A stretch of DNA of 32,000 nucleotides. It comes from Psychrobacter sp. DM4. Lineage in GTDB: Bacteria > Pseudomonadota > Gammaproteobacteria > Pseudomonadales > Moraxellaceae. A program made the translations under genes and the position numbers. Positions 1 through 7,845 of the stretch are shown here, in pieces. The first letter of the stretch is position 1. Every line of letters starts with the position of its first letter. Location of the stretch: contig NZ_CP195536.1 of assembly GCF_051307035.1 (NCBI RefSeq), positions 390,001 to 422,000 of the forward strand, in the 5' to 3' direction. The notes beneath the pieces were generated by a model. It worked only from the letters and a program-made list of their open reading frames with translations, ran no database searches and was not told the DNA's origin.

Positions 1-219
1 GTCTTTTGCGCCTTTGGCATAGTCAAACAATCTGTCAGGAGTACGGTGCGCAGAGACCACTTCGCATTCAAAAGCAATACCAAAATCCGCTAACAACTGC
101 GCCGCCGCGCTCATTGTTGCCCAATCTGATTGTGAACCCATGATAATGCCTACTTTAGGCTGACCTGCTGGGGAGACGATAGCGTTATTTTGGTCAGTAG
201 CGTGATCAGGGGTGCTCAT
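1..219 (-). CDS. purE: N5-carboxyaminoimidazole ribonucleotide mutase PurE, N-terminal 73 codons (gene runs off the window start)
   Basis: Reverse-complement translation from the ATG at 217-219 gives [73 protein letters not shown]. The GIIMGSxSDW and VVSAHRTPD motifs are PurE hallmarks. It is absent from the ORF track because the window edge truncates it. Confidence 0.85.
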   Translation of the reverse strand, partial: MSTPDHATDQNNAIVSPAGQPKVGIIMGSQSDWATMSAAAQLLADFGIAFECEVVSAHRTPDRLFDYAKGAKD

Positions 220-338
220 AGGGCAATGTCCTCAAAAAGACCATCATACAAAATTTTTGCTCGTGCCGTAAAGACAAGATTGCCTTTGTCCGCCAAATTT
301 AACATATGACTTCGTTTCGGTGATGGGTTATAGGTATT

Positions 339-1283
339 CTATGTATGGCGGTATTGTACAAAGTTATTTGGGCTAAGGGGCAGTGGGCACTCAGTATCAA
401 GCTGATAACAAGTCAAATAACCACTGTCAACCGCCGCTGAATAATCGGTACAGACCACCTGCGTACTGAGCGGCGTAGGTGTCCCTGTCAGCCAGTAGTG
501 ACCGACAAATATAGGTTTGTCCGTCTTGAGAGTAAAATCAATAGGCTCAGCCTTGGTATCGAGAGGAATCTGCGCTATCGCTGAATGAGGCGCACGCGCA
601 ATCTCACGAATCGGACGATTATCAAGATCATCTAGCCACCACCGTACTCGTACTCGCGAACGTGTGGTACCTTCTTTATCTACCATCACGATACCTTTAG
701 GTAACGGCGTCTCCACACCTTTTAATACACGCTCTAGTGCATCAAACATTGGTGTATGCTTTTTTGAGGTGAGCGTTAAGGCTTGAGGGGTTAGACAGTT
801 ATCTCGAGTTAATAGCGGTTTGAGTATGGCCATGCTATCGACATCCCAGCAGGCATGAACGAAACAAGCCGAGTCAGTCTCAAGCCACAATGGAATCTCA
901 CAAAAGCGTTTAAGCCAATAATGATGTCGCTCTGAGCCAAAAGGTACCTCAGCTAAAAACGCTTCGTGCTGGCGTGTATGTGTCTCATTATGCTCACGTA
1001 AATAGTTCTCAGCATGTTCAGGGTCTAGAGTGGCGAATGCCAACGCATTATATTCATGATTGCCCATCACCGCGTCAGCGACATCAGCATCGAGCATCGC
1101 AAAGACGATGTCGAGCGTCTTGATTTGCTGAGGACCACGATCAATCAAGTCGCCTATAAATAAAGCGCGGTGACCTTTGGGCGGCATAAAACACTGACCG
1201 TTATGCTGATAACCGAGCTGAGTGAGCAGTCCTATAAGCTTGTCCGCATAACCGTGAATATCGCCAATAATATCTATAATCAT
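339..1283 (-). CDS. Calcineurin-like metallophosphoesterase (PPP-family Ser/Thr phosphatase / ApaH-PrpE-like)
   Basis: The 314 aa ORF carries the ordered phosphoesterase motifs GDIHG, GDLIDRG and GNHE near the N-terminus. Confidence 0.8.
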   Translation of the reverse strand: MIIDIIGDIHGYADKLIGLLTQLGYQHNGQCFMPPKGHRALFIGDLIDRGPQQIKTLDIVFAMLDADVADAVMGNHEYNALAFATLDPEHAENYLREHNETHTRQHEAFLAEVPFGSERHHYWLKRFCEIPLWLETDSACFVHACWDVDSMAILKPLLTRDNCLTPQALTLTSKKHTPMFDALERVLKGVETPLPKGIVMVDKEGTTRSRVRVRWWLDDLDNRPIREIARAPHSAIAQIPLDTKAEPIDFTLKTDKPIFVGHYWLTGTPTPLSTQVVCTDYSAAVDSGYLTCYQLDTECPLPLSPNNFVQYRHT

Positions 1284-1319
1284 AAAGTATGATAGAACCT
1301 AAAAGTTTAAAGAAAAAGT

Positions 1320-1964
1320 TTAAAGAATAGGAGAGAGTAACTCACTGATAAAGTGCGGAATAACTTGTGGCTCTAGAATTATTGTCGCTATAACACCAAA
1401 GGCGCCGCCCCACAAATGAGCCATATGGTTGATATTGGAGCCGCCGCGTCTATCGGCATAAATGCTATAAGCTACATAGGCTACAGCAAATAGTATCGCT
1501 GGGATAGGCACGATAGCAAATAGATATAGAGTATCCCATGGCGCAAGCAATATAAAAGCGAACAGAACCGCTGATACACCGCCTGAGGCACCGAGACTAA
1601 GATAACTGGCATTGTTTCTGTTTTTGATATAACTTGGAATCATTGCCACAATGATAGCAAGCACATAAAATACAACAAAGCCATAACCCCAGAGATAAGG
1701 TTGATATAGTCCTTCAATAGCGCGGCCAAAAAAGTATAAAGTAAACATATTAAAGAGCAGATGCATACTATCGGCGTGAATAAAACCATGAGTAACAAAT
1801 CGATCCCATTGTCCCTGCTCTACCGCTGGCGGGTAAAAAATCAGTCGATTAAATAGCGCTTTGTTTTGCCAAGCAAGCAGACTGATAATGACCGTCACAA
1901 TAATAATAAGTGTAGTATGATTAAGCAAAAAAGTAATCCTTAGGCCAAGCCTATTATATGACAC
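1320..1964 (-). CDS. Rhomboid family intramembrane serine protease
   Basis: The 214 aa ORF is polytopic and hydrophobic. It has the HxxxN motif (HLLFNM), the catalytic GASGG serine motif and a downstream His (HMAHLWG). Confidence 0.85.
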   Translation of the reverse strand: MSYNRLGLRITFLLNHTTLIIIVTVIISLLAWQNKALFNRLIFYPPAVEQGQWDRFVTHGFIHADSMHLLFNMFTLYFFGRAIEGLYQPYLWGYGFVVFYVLAIIVAMIPSYIKNRNNASYLSLGASGGVSAVLFAFILLAPWDTLYLFAIVPIPAILFAVAYVAYSIYADRRGGSNINHMAHLWGGAFGVIATIILEPQVIPHFISELLSPIL

Positions 1965-2213
1965 GCTCTAAGTTTCAAGCCTTTTGATCAAAATAAAACT
2001 ACGAATATTTGATCTAGGATGACGATGAGTAGAACAGACTAGAGATCTAGTAGCTTACATCAATATAAAGCAATCAAGATGATATCGAGTGATGATGAGT
2101 AAGGCTTCGTATTACGAGCGTAACGATGCTTGCAAGAGAGGATACTCAACGCACAAACCTTGTAAATGAATAGACCTTGTGATTGACGGATAAGTTGAGG
2201 AAAGCGGTATATT

Positions 2214-3845
2214 ATGAACATCATTGAACATCTAGAACAGACGGTCAGCACTGTCGTCTTAGGCAATAGCATGGATGCTGCGCAGCTTAGTCTACTTGAG
2301 CAGTTTTACGCGATTTTGGCAACGCGTCTGTCCATGCCAAAAGTCTACTCAATGCTACTTCGCAGTGACCAAATTAATGTACCTGTTCATGAGGCTATTC
2401 ATGACTCTTTGTTTGAGCAGGTATGGCAAGACCCTCATGCCCGTCAAATTATTATCAAAGAATTGTCAGCCGCGCATCATATCAATGAGATAGTCACCAC
2501 GCAACTGCTGATCAACGCGGCACCTATCGCTTATCAAGCGCTTAATGATCATGCTAGTGGTCAGTTTTTGCCCGCCTATTTGCAAACGCAACAACCAGTG
2601 TTACGCCAATATCTACCAGTATGGTCAGCACCAGTTATCGCTGATCATCTTATAGGTGCGACTCCTGAGATTATAGTCTTACCCTCTTCGTCAGAGGTCT
2701 TAAATCCTGATACATCCTCAGTAGTTGGCCAATCAACAGTAGCTGACCAATCAGATTTTGATAATACAAAGAAAGATAAGAGCGTATTGCCTTTAGCAAC
2801 CGGTGTTGAGCAAGAGGCGTTCGTTGATACGGACGCCATCCATGCCAATCCCTCCAAGCATCATTATTCTGAGTATTGTGATTCTGAGCAAAATAAATCT
2901 GATTCTGTTCGTATAGCAAACAACCCTGAGCTCTTGACTACTCGACCCTTTAGAAAGGTACGCGCTCACAATATAAGCGTTCGAAAAATATCTTGGCTTA
3001 TATTTGCCTTAGCGGTATTAGCAGGAATAGGACTGACTTGGGCGCTAGTTATTAAGCCCAAGCAAGTCGTAGTAGATACTCCTGCGCCGCCCACTATGGT
3101 CACACCGACAGAAGAACCAGCGGCGATACCCTTAACGCCTATATCGATGATCGTAGGTGTTGATGATAGCGGTCAGCTATACACGTGTAACGCAACTGTA
3201 GGCAACATCACTATGCAAAATGCACTCATACAGGCGTTTAATGTTAGCTTCGGTGAGCAAGCTAGCACTTGTGAGGTTACCATTGCCGAGGGAGTCGCCA
3301 CTGGTTTATCTAATATGACGGTACAAAGGTTACCGGATATGTTGACTTTGCTTAGAGCAGTACCGTTTGCACGTTTACAATTACAGGATGAGCGCATTAT
3401 ATTAGAAGCGCCTGATGATATGCTGCTCCAGCAGCTCCTCGGTGATATGCGAATTATTGTCCCGACTATGCAGATCAATAGCGCCGTTCCCATACCTTTA
3501 CCTGACAGCACCGCTATAAATAATGAGAACACTATTATTGGTGTGGATAATGCTACTGGTATGAATAATTCGCTTGAAAATGAAGCTTTGACTAATCAGA
3601 GCAATAATGAGACGTCTAGTATAAATAATTATCAGCCTAATGATGATACTGGAGATAGAATTATCTCTGATCCATTGGGCAACAATATAGGTAATGATAT
3701 AGGAAGCAGTGCACAAAACCGTTCTCAAAATACCAATCGAGGCATAAGTCCTCTACCTACTGTACCAGCAGGTCCGATATCTGTGTCTGAAGTAGATGAG
3801 ATGGCAAGTAGAGAGATTAGAGTCGATCCGGTGAGAGCCAACTAG
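2214..3845 (+). CDS. Single-pass membrane protein, paralog of the downstream OmpA-family protein but lacking the OmpA domain; Asn/Ser-rich low-complexity C-terminus
   Basis: The N-terminus MNIIEHLEQTVSTVVLG...LLEQFYAILATRL aligns with MDIISHLTRTVSPAVLG...LLEQFYAIFAARL of the ORF at 4384. One TM helix is present (WLIFALAVLAGIGLTWALVI). A shared Cys-pair middle domain aligns too (LYTCNATVG...STCEV vs LFACRMNVG...DKCRA). GAGGA lies upstream of the ATG. Confidence 0.6.
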   Translation: MNIIEHLEQTVSTVVLGNSMDAAQLSLLEQFYAILATRLSMPKVYSMLLRSDQINVPVHEAIHDSLFEQVWQDPHARQIIIKELSAAHHINEIVTTQLLINAAPIAYQALNDHASGQFLPAYLQTQQPVLRQYLPVWSAPVIADHLIGATPEIIVLPSSSEVLNPDTSSVVGQSTVADQSDFDNTKKDKSVLPLATGVEQEAFVDTDAIHANPSKHHYSEYCDSEQNKSDSVRIANNPELLTTRPFRKVRAHNISVRKISWLIFALAVLAGIGLTWALVIKPKQVVVDTPAPPTMVTPTEEPAAIPLTPISMIVGVDDSGQLYTCNATVGNITMQNALIQAFNVSFGEQASTCEVTIAEGVATGLSNMTVQRLPDMLTLLRAVPFARLQLQDERIILEAPDDMLLQQLLGDMRIIVPTMQINSAVPIPLPDSTAINNENTIIGVDNATGMNNSLENEALTNQSNNETSSINNYQPNDDTGDRIISDPLGNNIGNDIGSSAQNRSQNTNRGISPLPTVPAGPISVSEVDEMASREIRVDPVRAN

Positions 3846-4142
3846 ATATAAGCAACTGTTAAAAATACTGACTATTGACAGCTCATCATATACAAGATAA
3901 ACCGCATATAAGATAAGTACAGCAACTGAGACTAATAGAGCGCACTTTTGTAAGAGAAGACACCTATCAAGCTCAGACGTCTTTATGATAAACGTAATGT
4001 TAATATGTTAACAGATATTACATTTAGTTATTCTTAGTTACGTGTAACATCTTTAATATTACCTAAAGTAGCATTTGTACAACATCACATTAGTTGTGAG
4101 TGACGGGTTAATGATTATACTAAGACAATAGTGAAGTAAATC

Positions 4143-4231
4143 AATAAGTAATACAAAATGACGACGACAATTATGAAGAATTAAACGTAAAATCTTGTTT
4201 TTTTACTCCATTTGTCGTCTATTTACTTATT
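4143..4231. repeat. Long imperfect inverted repeat in the spacer upstream of the OmpA-family gene
   Basis: aataagtaa (4143-4151) pairs with ttacttatt (4223-4231), and gacgacaa (4163-4170) pairs with ttgtcgtc (4212-4219). An inner AT hairpin joins gtaaaa (4187-4192) and ttttac (4201-4206). Confidence 0.5.
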
Positions 4232-4383
4232 ACACGTAGTAAAGCTATTTGACACGTACGACAAGATACACCTGCTAACTTCCCAAGTGGCGGTTCGTAA
4301 GAGTACAAGTTTTGGTGCAACTTTTAAATGTTTGCGATTCTAAAAACCATTATATAAACATTAATTATTAGAGGATATGAGAT

Positions 4384-6051
4384 ATGGATATTATCAGTCA
4401 TTTGACACGAACGGTCAGCCCAGCTGTATTAGGCGATGACCATAGCCCAGCTAAAAAGAGTTTGCTTGAGCAGTTCTACGCGATATTCGCAGCGCGTTTA
4501 GCTGACAATGAGACTTATGGACGTTTCTCTAACGAAAACATCGCCCGTGATGATCAAGGCTTTTATGATCGAGTATGGACAGATGGCGCACATCGTGATC
4601 GCATATCACGTGAGCTTGCAGGCGCACACAACGTCGATGCCACAGCTTCTCGTGGGTTGATTGCTATGGCAGCACCACTTGCTTACCATGAAATAAAGAG
4701 CTTGGCAGGTACGACGCCAGTGCCACAGTTTTTGAATGATAATTTATCCAGCTATCAGCAACATATTCCAGCATGGGCGAGTGCGGTTATTCCTGCGGGC
4801 ATGCTAGCTGCAGCTCCTGTTGTAGGTCACCGTATCTCGGATACGACAAGCACAGCGCCGCTAGTACGTGAAGAGGAGAAAGACGGTAGCTTTATGAAAG
4901 CGCTGTTACCTATTATTGGTTTAATTATTTTAGGTGCACTTGCTTGGGCACTCCTAAGAGGTTGCCAAGATGATCCAACACCTGTTGCCACGCCTGTAGT
5001 CGCTGAAGAAGTTGTGGAAGATGAGCAGACTATGGTTGCCTCTGCCATTGAACCTGCTTCATTAGCGCTTGCTACTGGCGAAGGAAATACTTTGTTTGCT
5101 TGCCGTATGAATGTTGGTGATGAGGCATTACAAACGACCCTTATGAATGCATTATCAACTACTTTCGGTGGAGAATCGGATAAGTGCCGTGCCGATGTCG
5201 ATGATAGCTTCGCAGCCGACATGCCAGCGAGTGCTGTCCTAGCCGCTATTTTACCTATTTTTCAAAGCTCTCCAAACGCTACTATGATCATTAAAGGTGA
5301 TCGTATTCTGGTTAATTCACCAGATGCTGCTGGACTTGAGCAGCTAGTTGCTGACATTCAAGCTGCTGCTCCAGGATTTATGGTATCAGCAGAAGGGCCG
5401 CTTGATATTCAAGGTGAGATCGATAACAGTCTAGTTGCTGCTGATACTGCCTTAAATAACATTGGTGAAAACCCAGATCCACGTGATGTCGCTCGCGCAT
5501 TGAGCCTACAAGTCATCAACTTCACTCTCGATGATGCCTTTATTCCAGATGCTAACAAGCCTTTCTTAGATCGTGCTGCCAAAATTATTACAGAAGTGCC
5601 TAATATGGAACTGGTCATTATTGGTCATACGGATGCACAAGCTTCGAATGCATATAATATGGAATTATCACAAGAGCGTGCTGATTCAGTGAGAGACTAT
5701 TTAGTATCGCAGGGTGTTGATGCTAGTAAATTGACCACTAAAGGTATGGGTGAAACAGATCCAATTGCTACTAATGCGACTGAACAAGGTCGTTTCCGTA
5801 ACCGTCGTATTGAGTTTACTTTGTACGATAGTAGTATGGTAGATGGTAATGGTATTGCTATTACTGCTGGTGACGGTGGTGATATGGGTACCAATATAAC
5901 GCCTGATAATAATATGTCAGATCCAGATTTGAATCCTTTGGATGGAACGATGCCAGACCCAGATTTAAACCCTCTCGATAGCAATAATGATGATTTGCTA
6001 CCAGATGGTGATGATCCAACTCAAGGCACAGTAGTGGACCCAACTAACTAA
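4384..6051 (+). CDS. OmpA-family peptidoglycan-binding membrane protein (N-terminal conserved domain, one TM helix, C-terminal OmpA_C-like domain)
   Basis: The 555 aa ORF has GAGGA 8 nt upstream of the ATG and a TM helix ALLPIIGLIILGALAWALL. The C-terminal OmpA-like domain reads NFTLDDAFIP...VIIGHTDAQASNAYNMELSQERADSVRDYLVSQGV...GMGETDPIA...NRRIEFTL. Confidence 0.85.
   Translation: MDIISHLTRTVSPAVLGDDHSPAKKSLLEQFYAIFAARLADNETYGRFSNENIARDDQGFYDRVWTDGAHRDRISRELAGAHNVDATASRGLIAMAAPLAYHEIKSLAGTTPVPQFLNDNLSSYQQHIPAWASAVIPAGMLAAAPVVGHRISDTTSTAPLVREEEKDGSFMKALLPIIGLIILGALAWALLRGCQDDPTPVATPVVAEEVVEDEQTMVASAIEPASLALATGEGNTLFACRMNVGDEALQTTLMNALSTTFGGESDKCRADVDDSFAADMPASAVLAAILPIFQSSPNATMIIKGDRILVNSPDAAGLEQLVADIQAAAPGFMVSAEGPLDIQGEIDNSLVAADTALNNIGENPDPRDVARALSLQVINFTLDDAFIPDANKPFLDRAAKIITEVPNMELVIIGHTDAQASNAYNMELSQERADSVRDYLVSQGVDASKLTTKGMGETDPIATNATEQGRFRNRRIEFTLYDSSMVDGNGIAITAGDGGDMGTNITPDNNMSDPDLNPLDGTMPDPDLNPLDSNNDDLLPDGDDPTQGTVVDPTN
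5920..5979 (+). repeat. In-frame tandem repeat encoding DPDLNPLD twice (36-nt period) in the acidic tail of the OmpA-family protein
   Basis: gatccagatttgaatcctttggat (5920-5943) and gacccagatttaaaccctctcgat (5956-5979) both translate to DPDLNPLD. Confidence 0.8.
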
Positions 6052-6097
6052 TCTATAGAATTAGATAGTTAATACTATATAACTAATAATTTTTACC

Positions 6098-6129
6098 AAA
6101 ACTGCATCTTTCAAGGATGCAGTTTTTTT
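6098..6129. terminator. Bidirectional intrinsic terminator between the convergent OmpA-family gene and nagZ
   Basis: The perfect stem aaaactgcatc (6098-6108) / gatgcagtttt (6116-6126) has a 7-nt loop. It is flanked by an A-run and a T-run. Confidence 0.75.
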
Positions 6130-6138
6130 ATGTCTAAA

Positions 6139-7242
6139 TTATTTATAATTGGTCGGATCTATTGAATCATTCAGACTTTCACTGGGCTTAAAGTAGCTGT
6201 TATTGGCTAAGTTAGTTTTTGAATCGAAAAAAGTTCGTATGACGTTTTGTTTGGCTTGATGCCAGTGCTCAAATTGTCTACAAGTAGACTCCAGATCCTC
6301 TTGCCATACTGGAATTTGTCCGCGCATAGTTTTGATACGACTTTGATTGGGATAAGGCAGCTCTTGTGCAGTCTTTGCAGCATCGTGGGCGGCTATCCTA
6401 TCGTTACAGACCAAGGCGACATCACAGCCCGCTTTTATCGCTGATTTGACGCGAGTGCTGACATCGCCAACAGAATTAGCCCCCGCCATTGACAAATCAT
6501 CAGAGAATATCACACCGTCATACTTGAGCTGACCGCGCAAAATATCTTTTAACCAAATTTTTGAAAATCCTGCAGGCTTGTCGTCCACTTGAGAGAATAT
6601 AACGTGAGCGGGCATGACCGCATCTAGCCAAGGTAGTGTCTGAGTAAAGGGTTGCATATCACTTGCCATAATTTCATCTAAGCTGCGCGTATCAACAGCT
6701 TGTACAACATGTGAGTCAGGGGCAATGGCGCCATGACCTGGGAAATGTTTGCCCGTGGTAGCCATACCAGCGTCTTTCATCCCGCGCATGAACTGTGTTG
6801 ACAAGGCGATGATCGCTTGCGGCTCTTGATGAAAGCTACGATCACCGATAACTTGACTGATACCGCCTCTATCGAGTACAGGCGCAAAACTCAGATCGAT
6901 ACCTACCGCTAGTACCTCTGCTGCCATCAGGTAGCCGCAGTCATAAGCACAGCTTAGCGCCGAAGTCGGATCTTTATCGAACAAATCACCTAGTTTGCCC
7001 ATAGCCGGCAGTGGGGTAAAGCCCTCACGTAATCGTGCCACGCGTCCGCCTTCTTGATCCACACCGATCAAAATATCAGCGTTATGGTAGCGAATGTCAT
7101 CACACAAAGCTCGCACTTGAGGTGCATCAATGACGTTGCGCGCAAACAGTATAATACCGCCAACCTGAGCTTGCTTGATTAAGCTGACGTCTTCTGCGGT
7201 CAATGCGGTATTGTCTATATCTATCATTAGTACGCCGTACAT
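6139..7242 (-). CDS. nagZ: Beta-N-acetylhexosaminidase NagZ (peptidoglycan recycling)
   Basis: The 367 aa ORF has the glycoside hydrolase family 3 N-terminal pattern: VGGIILFARN, GVDQEGGRV, KHFPGHG, and IFSDDLSMAGA with the catalytic Asp region. Confidence 0.9.
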   Translation of the reverse strand: MYGVLMIDIDNTALTAEDVSLIKQAQVGGIILFARNVIDAPQVRALCDDIRYHNADILIGVDQEGGRVARLREGFTPLPAMGKLGDLFDKDPTSALSCAYDCGYLMAAEVLAVGIDLSFAPVLDRGGISQVIGDRSFHQEPQAIIALSTQFMRGMKDAGMATTGKHFPGHGAIAPDSHVVQAVDTRSLDEIMASDMQPFTQTLPWLDAVMPAHVIFSQVDDKPAGFSKIWLKDILRGQLKYDGVIFSDDLSMAGANSVGDVSTRVKSAIKAGCDVALVCNDRIAAHDAAKTAQELPYPNQSRIKTMRGQIPVWQEDLESTCRQFEHWHQAKQNVIRTFFDSKTNLANNSYFKPSESLNDSIDPTNYK

Positions 7243-7845
7243 GGCAGCATCCTTTTTGGGTTTCTTTTGTATTATTTATTAGTGCTAATCTCAATCATTA
7301 GCGCTAAGTATTAAGCGCTCTTATATTATCGGATTTTGCGTTTGTCATCTGTCTATTATGTCAGTCATTATATAGACGGATAGTAACTTATTAACCTATC
7401 AAACGTGAAGCGTAAATGCTTGGCGTTTAAAGATTAGGAAAAGGTAACAGATGAGATGAGGTGTAAGATTATTTATACAGTTTGAGACAGTCAGCAAGTA
7501 TAGTGCATGCTAGTATTTATTGTATTTTGGCTATACAGTGTCCGTATTAGATGCTATTTTTGTTAAGGTTTTTGCTTTAAGTTGTCACCTTTATACCGTT
7601 TAAGATAAGCCTTGGACTACCAGCTGATAATAGATAAATTGTCAAAGTTGCAAGCGAACTGACATCACATCTTAGAGTCATACGTAAAATATAGCTGTAC
7701 TCTTAACCGCACTCTGTTAATCGCTATCATTGTAAAGTTAGCACTGTAGTCATTCATACTATGAGTCACAGTTGCCAGCATTAGAATAAAAAAGACTATT
7801 TTCTTTAGAGCATGATATTCAATTTAAAATAACTAGGTAGAAAAA

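Noticed and set aside
2060-2272. A 70 aa minus-strand ORF spanning the promoter and start of the 2214 gene, together with the other short ORFs nested in 2214-3845 and 4384-6051.
   Set aside because: They are low-complexity, Cys/Ile-rich translations antisense to or out of frame with longer paralogous genes. No independent coding signal was seen.
7462-7479. A second Gac-box-like sequence, TGTAAG-attatt-TATACA, in the nagZ-prc spacer.
   Set aside because: Only one half-site matches, since TATACA is not CTTACA. The downstream 200 nt contain almost no GGA motifs and no terminator, so this is probably chance.
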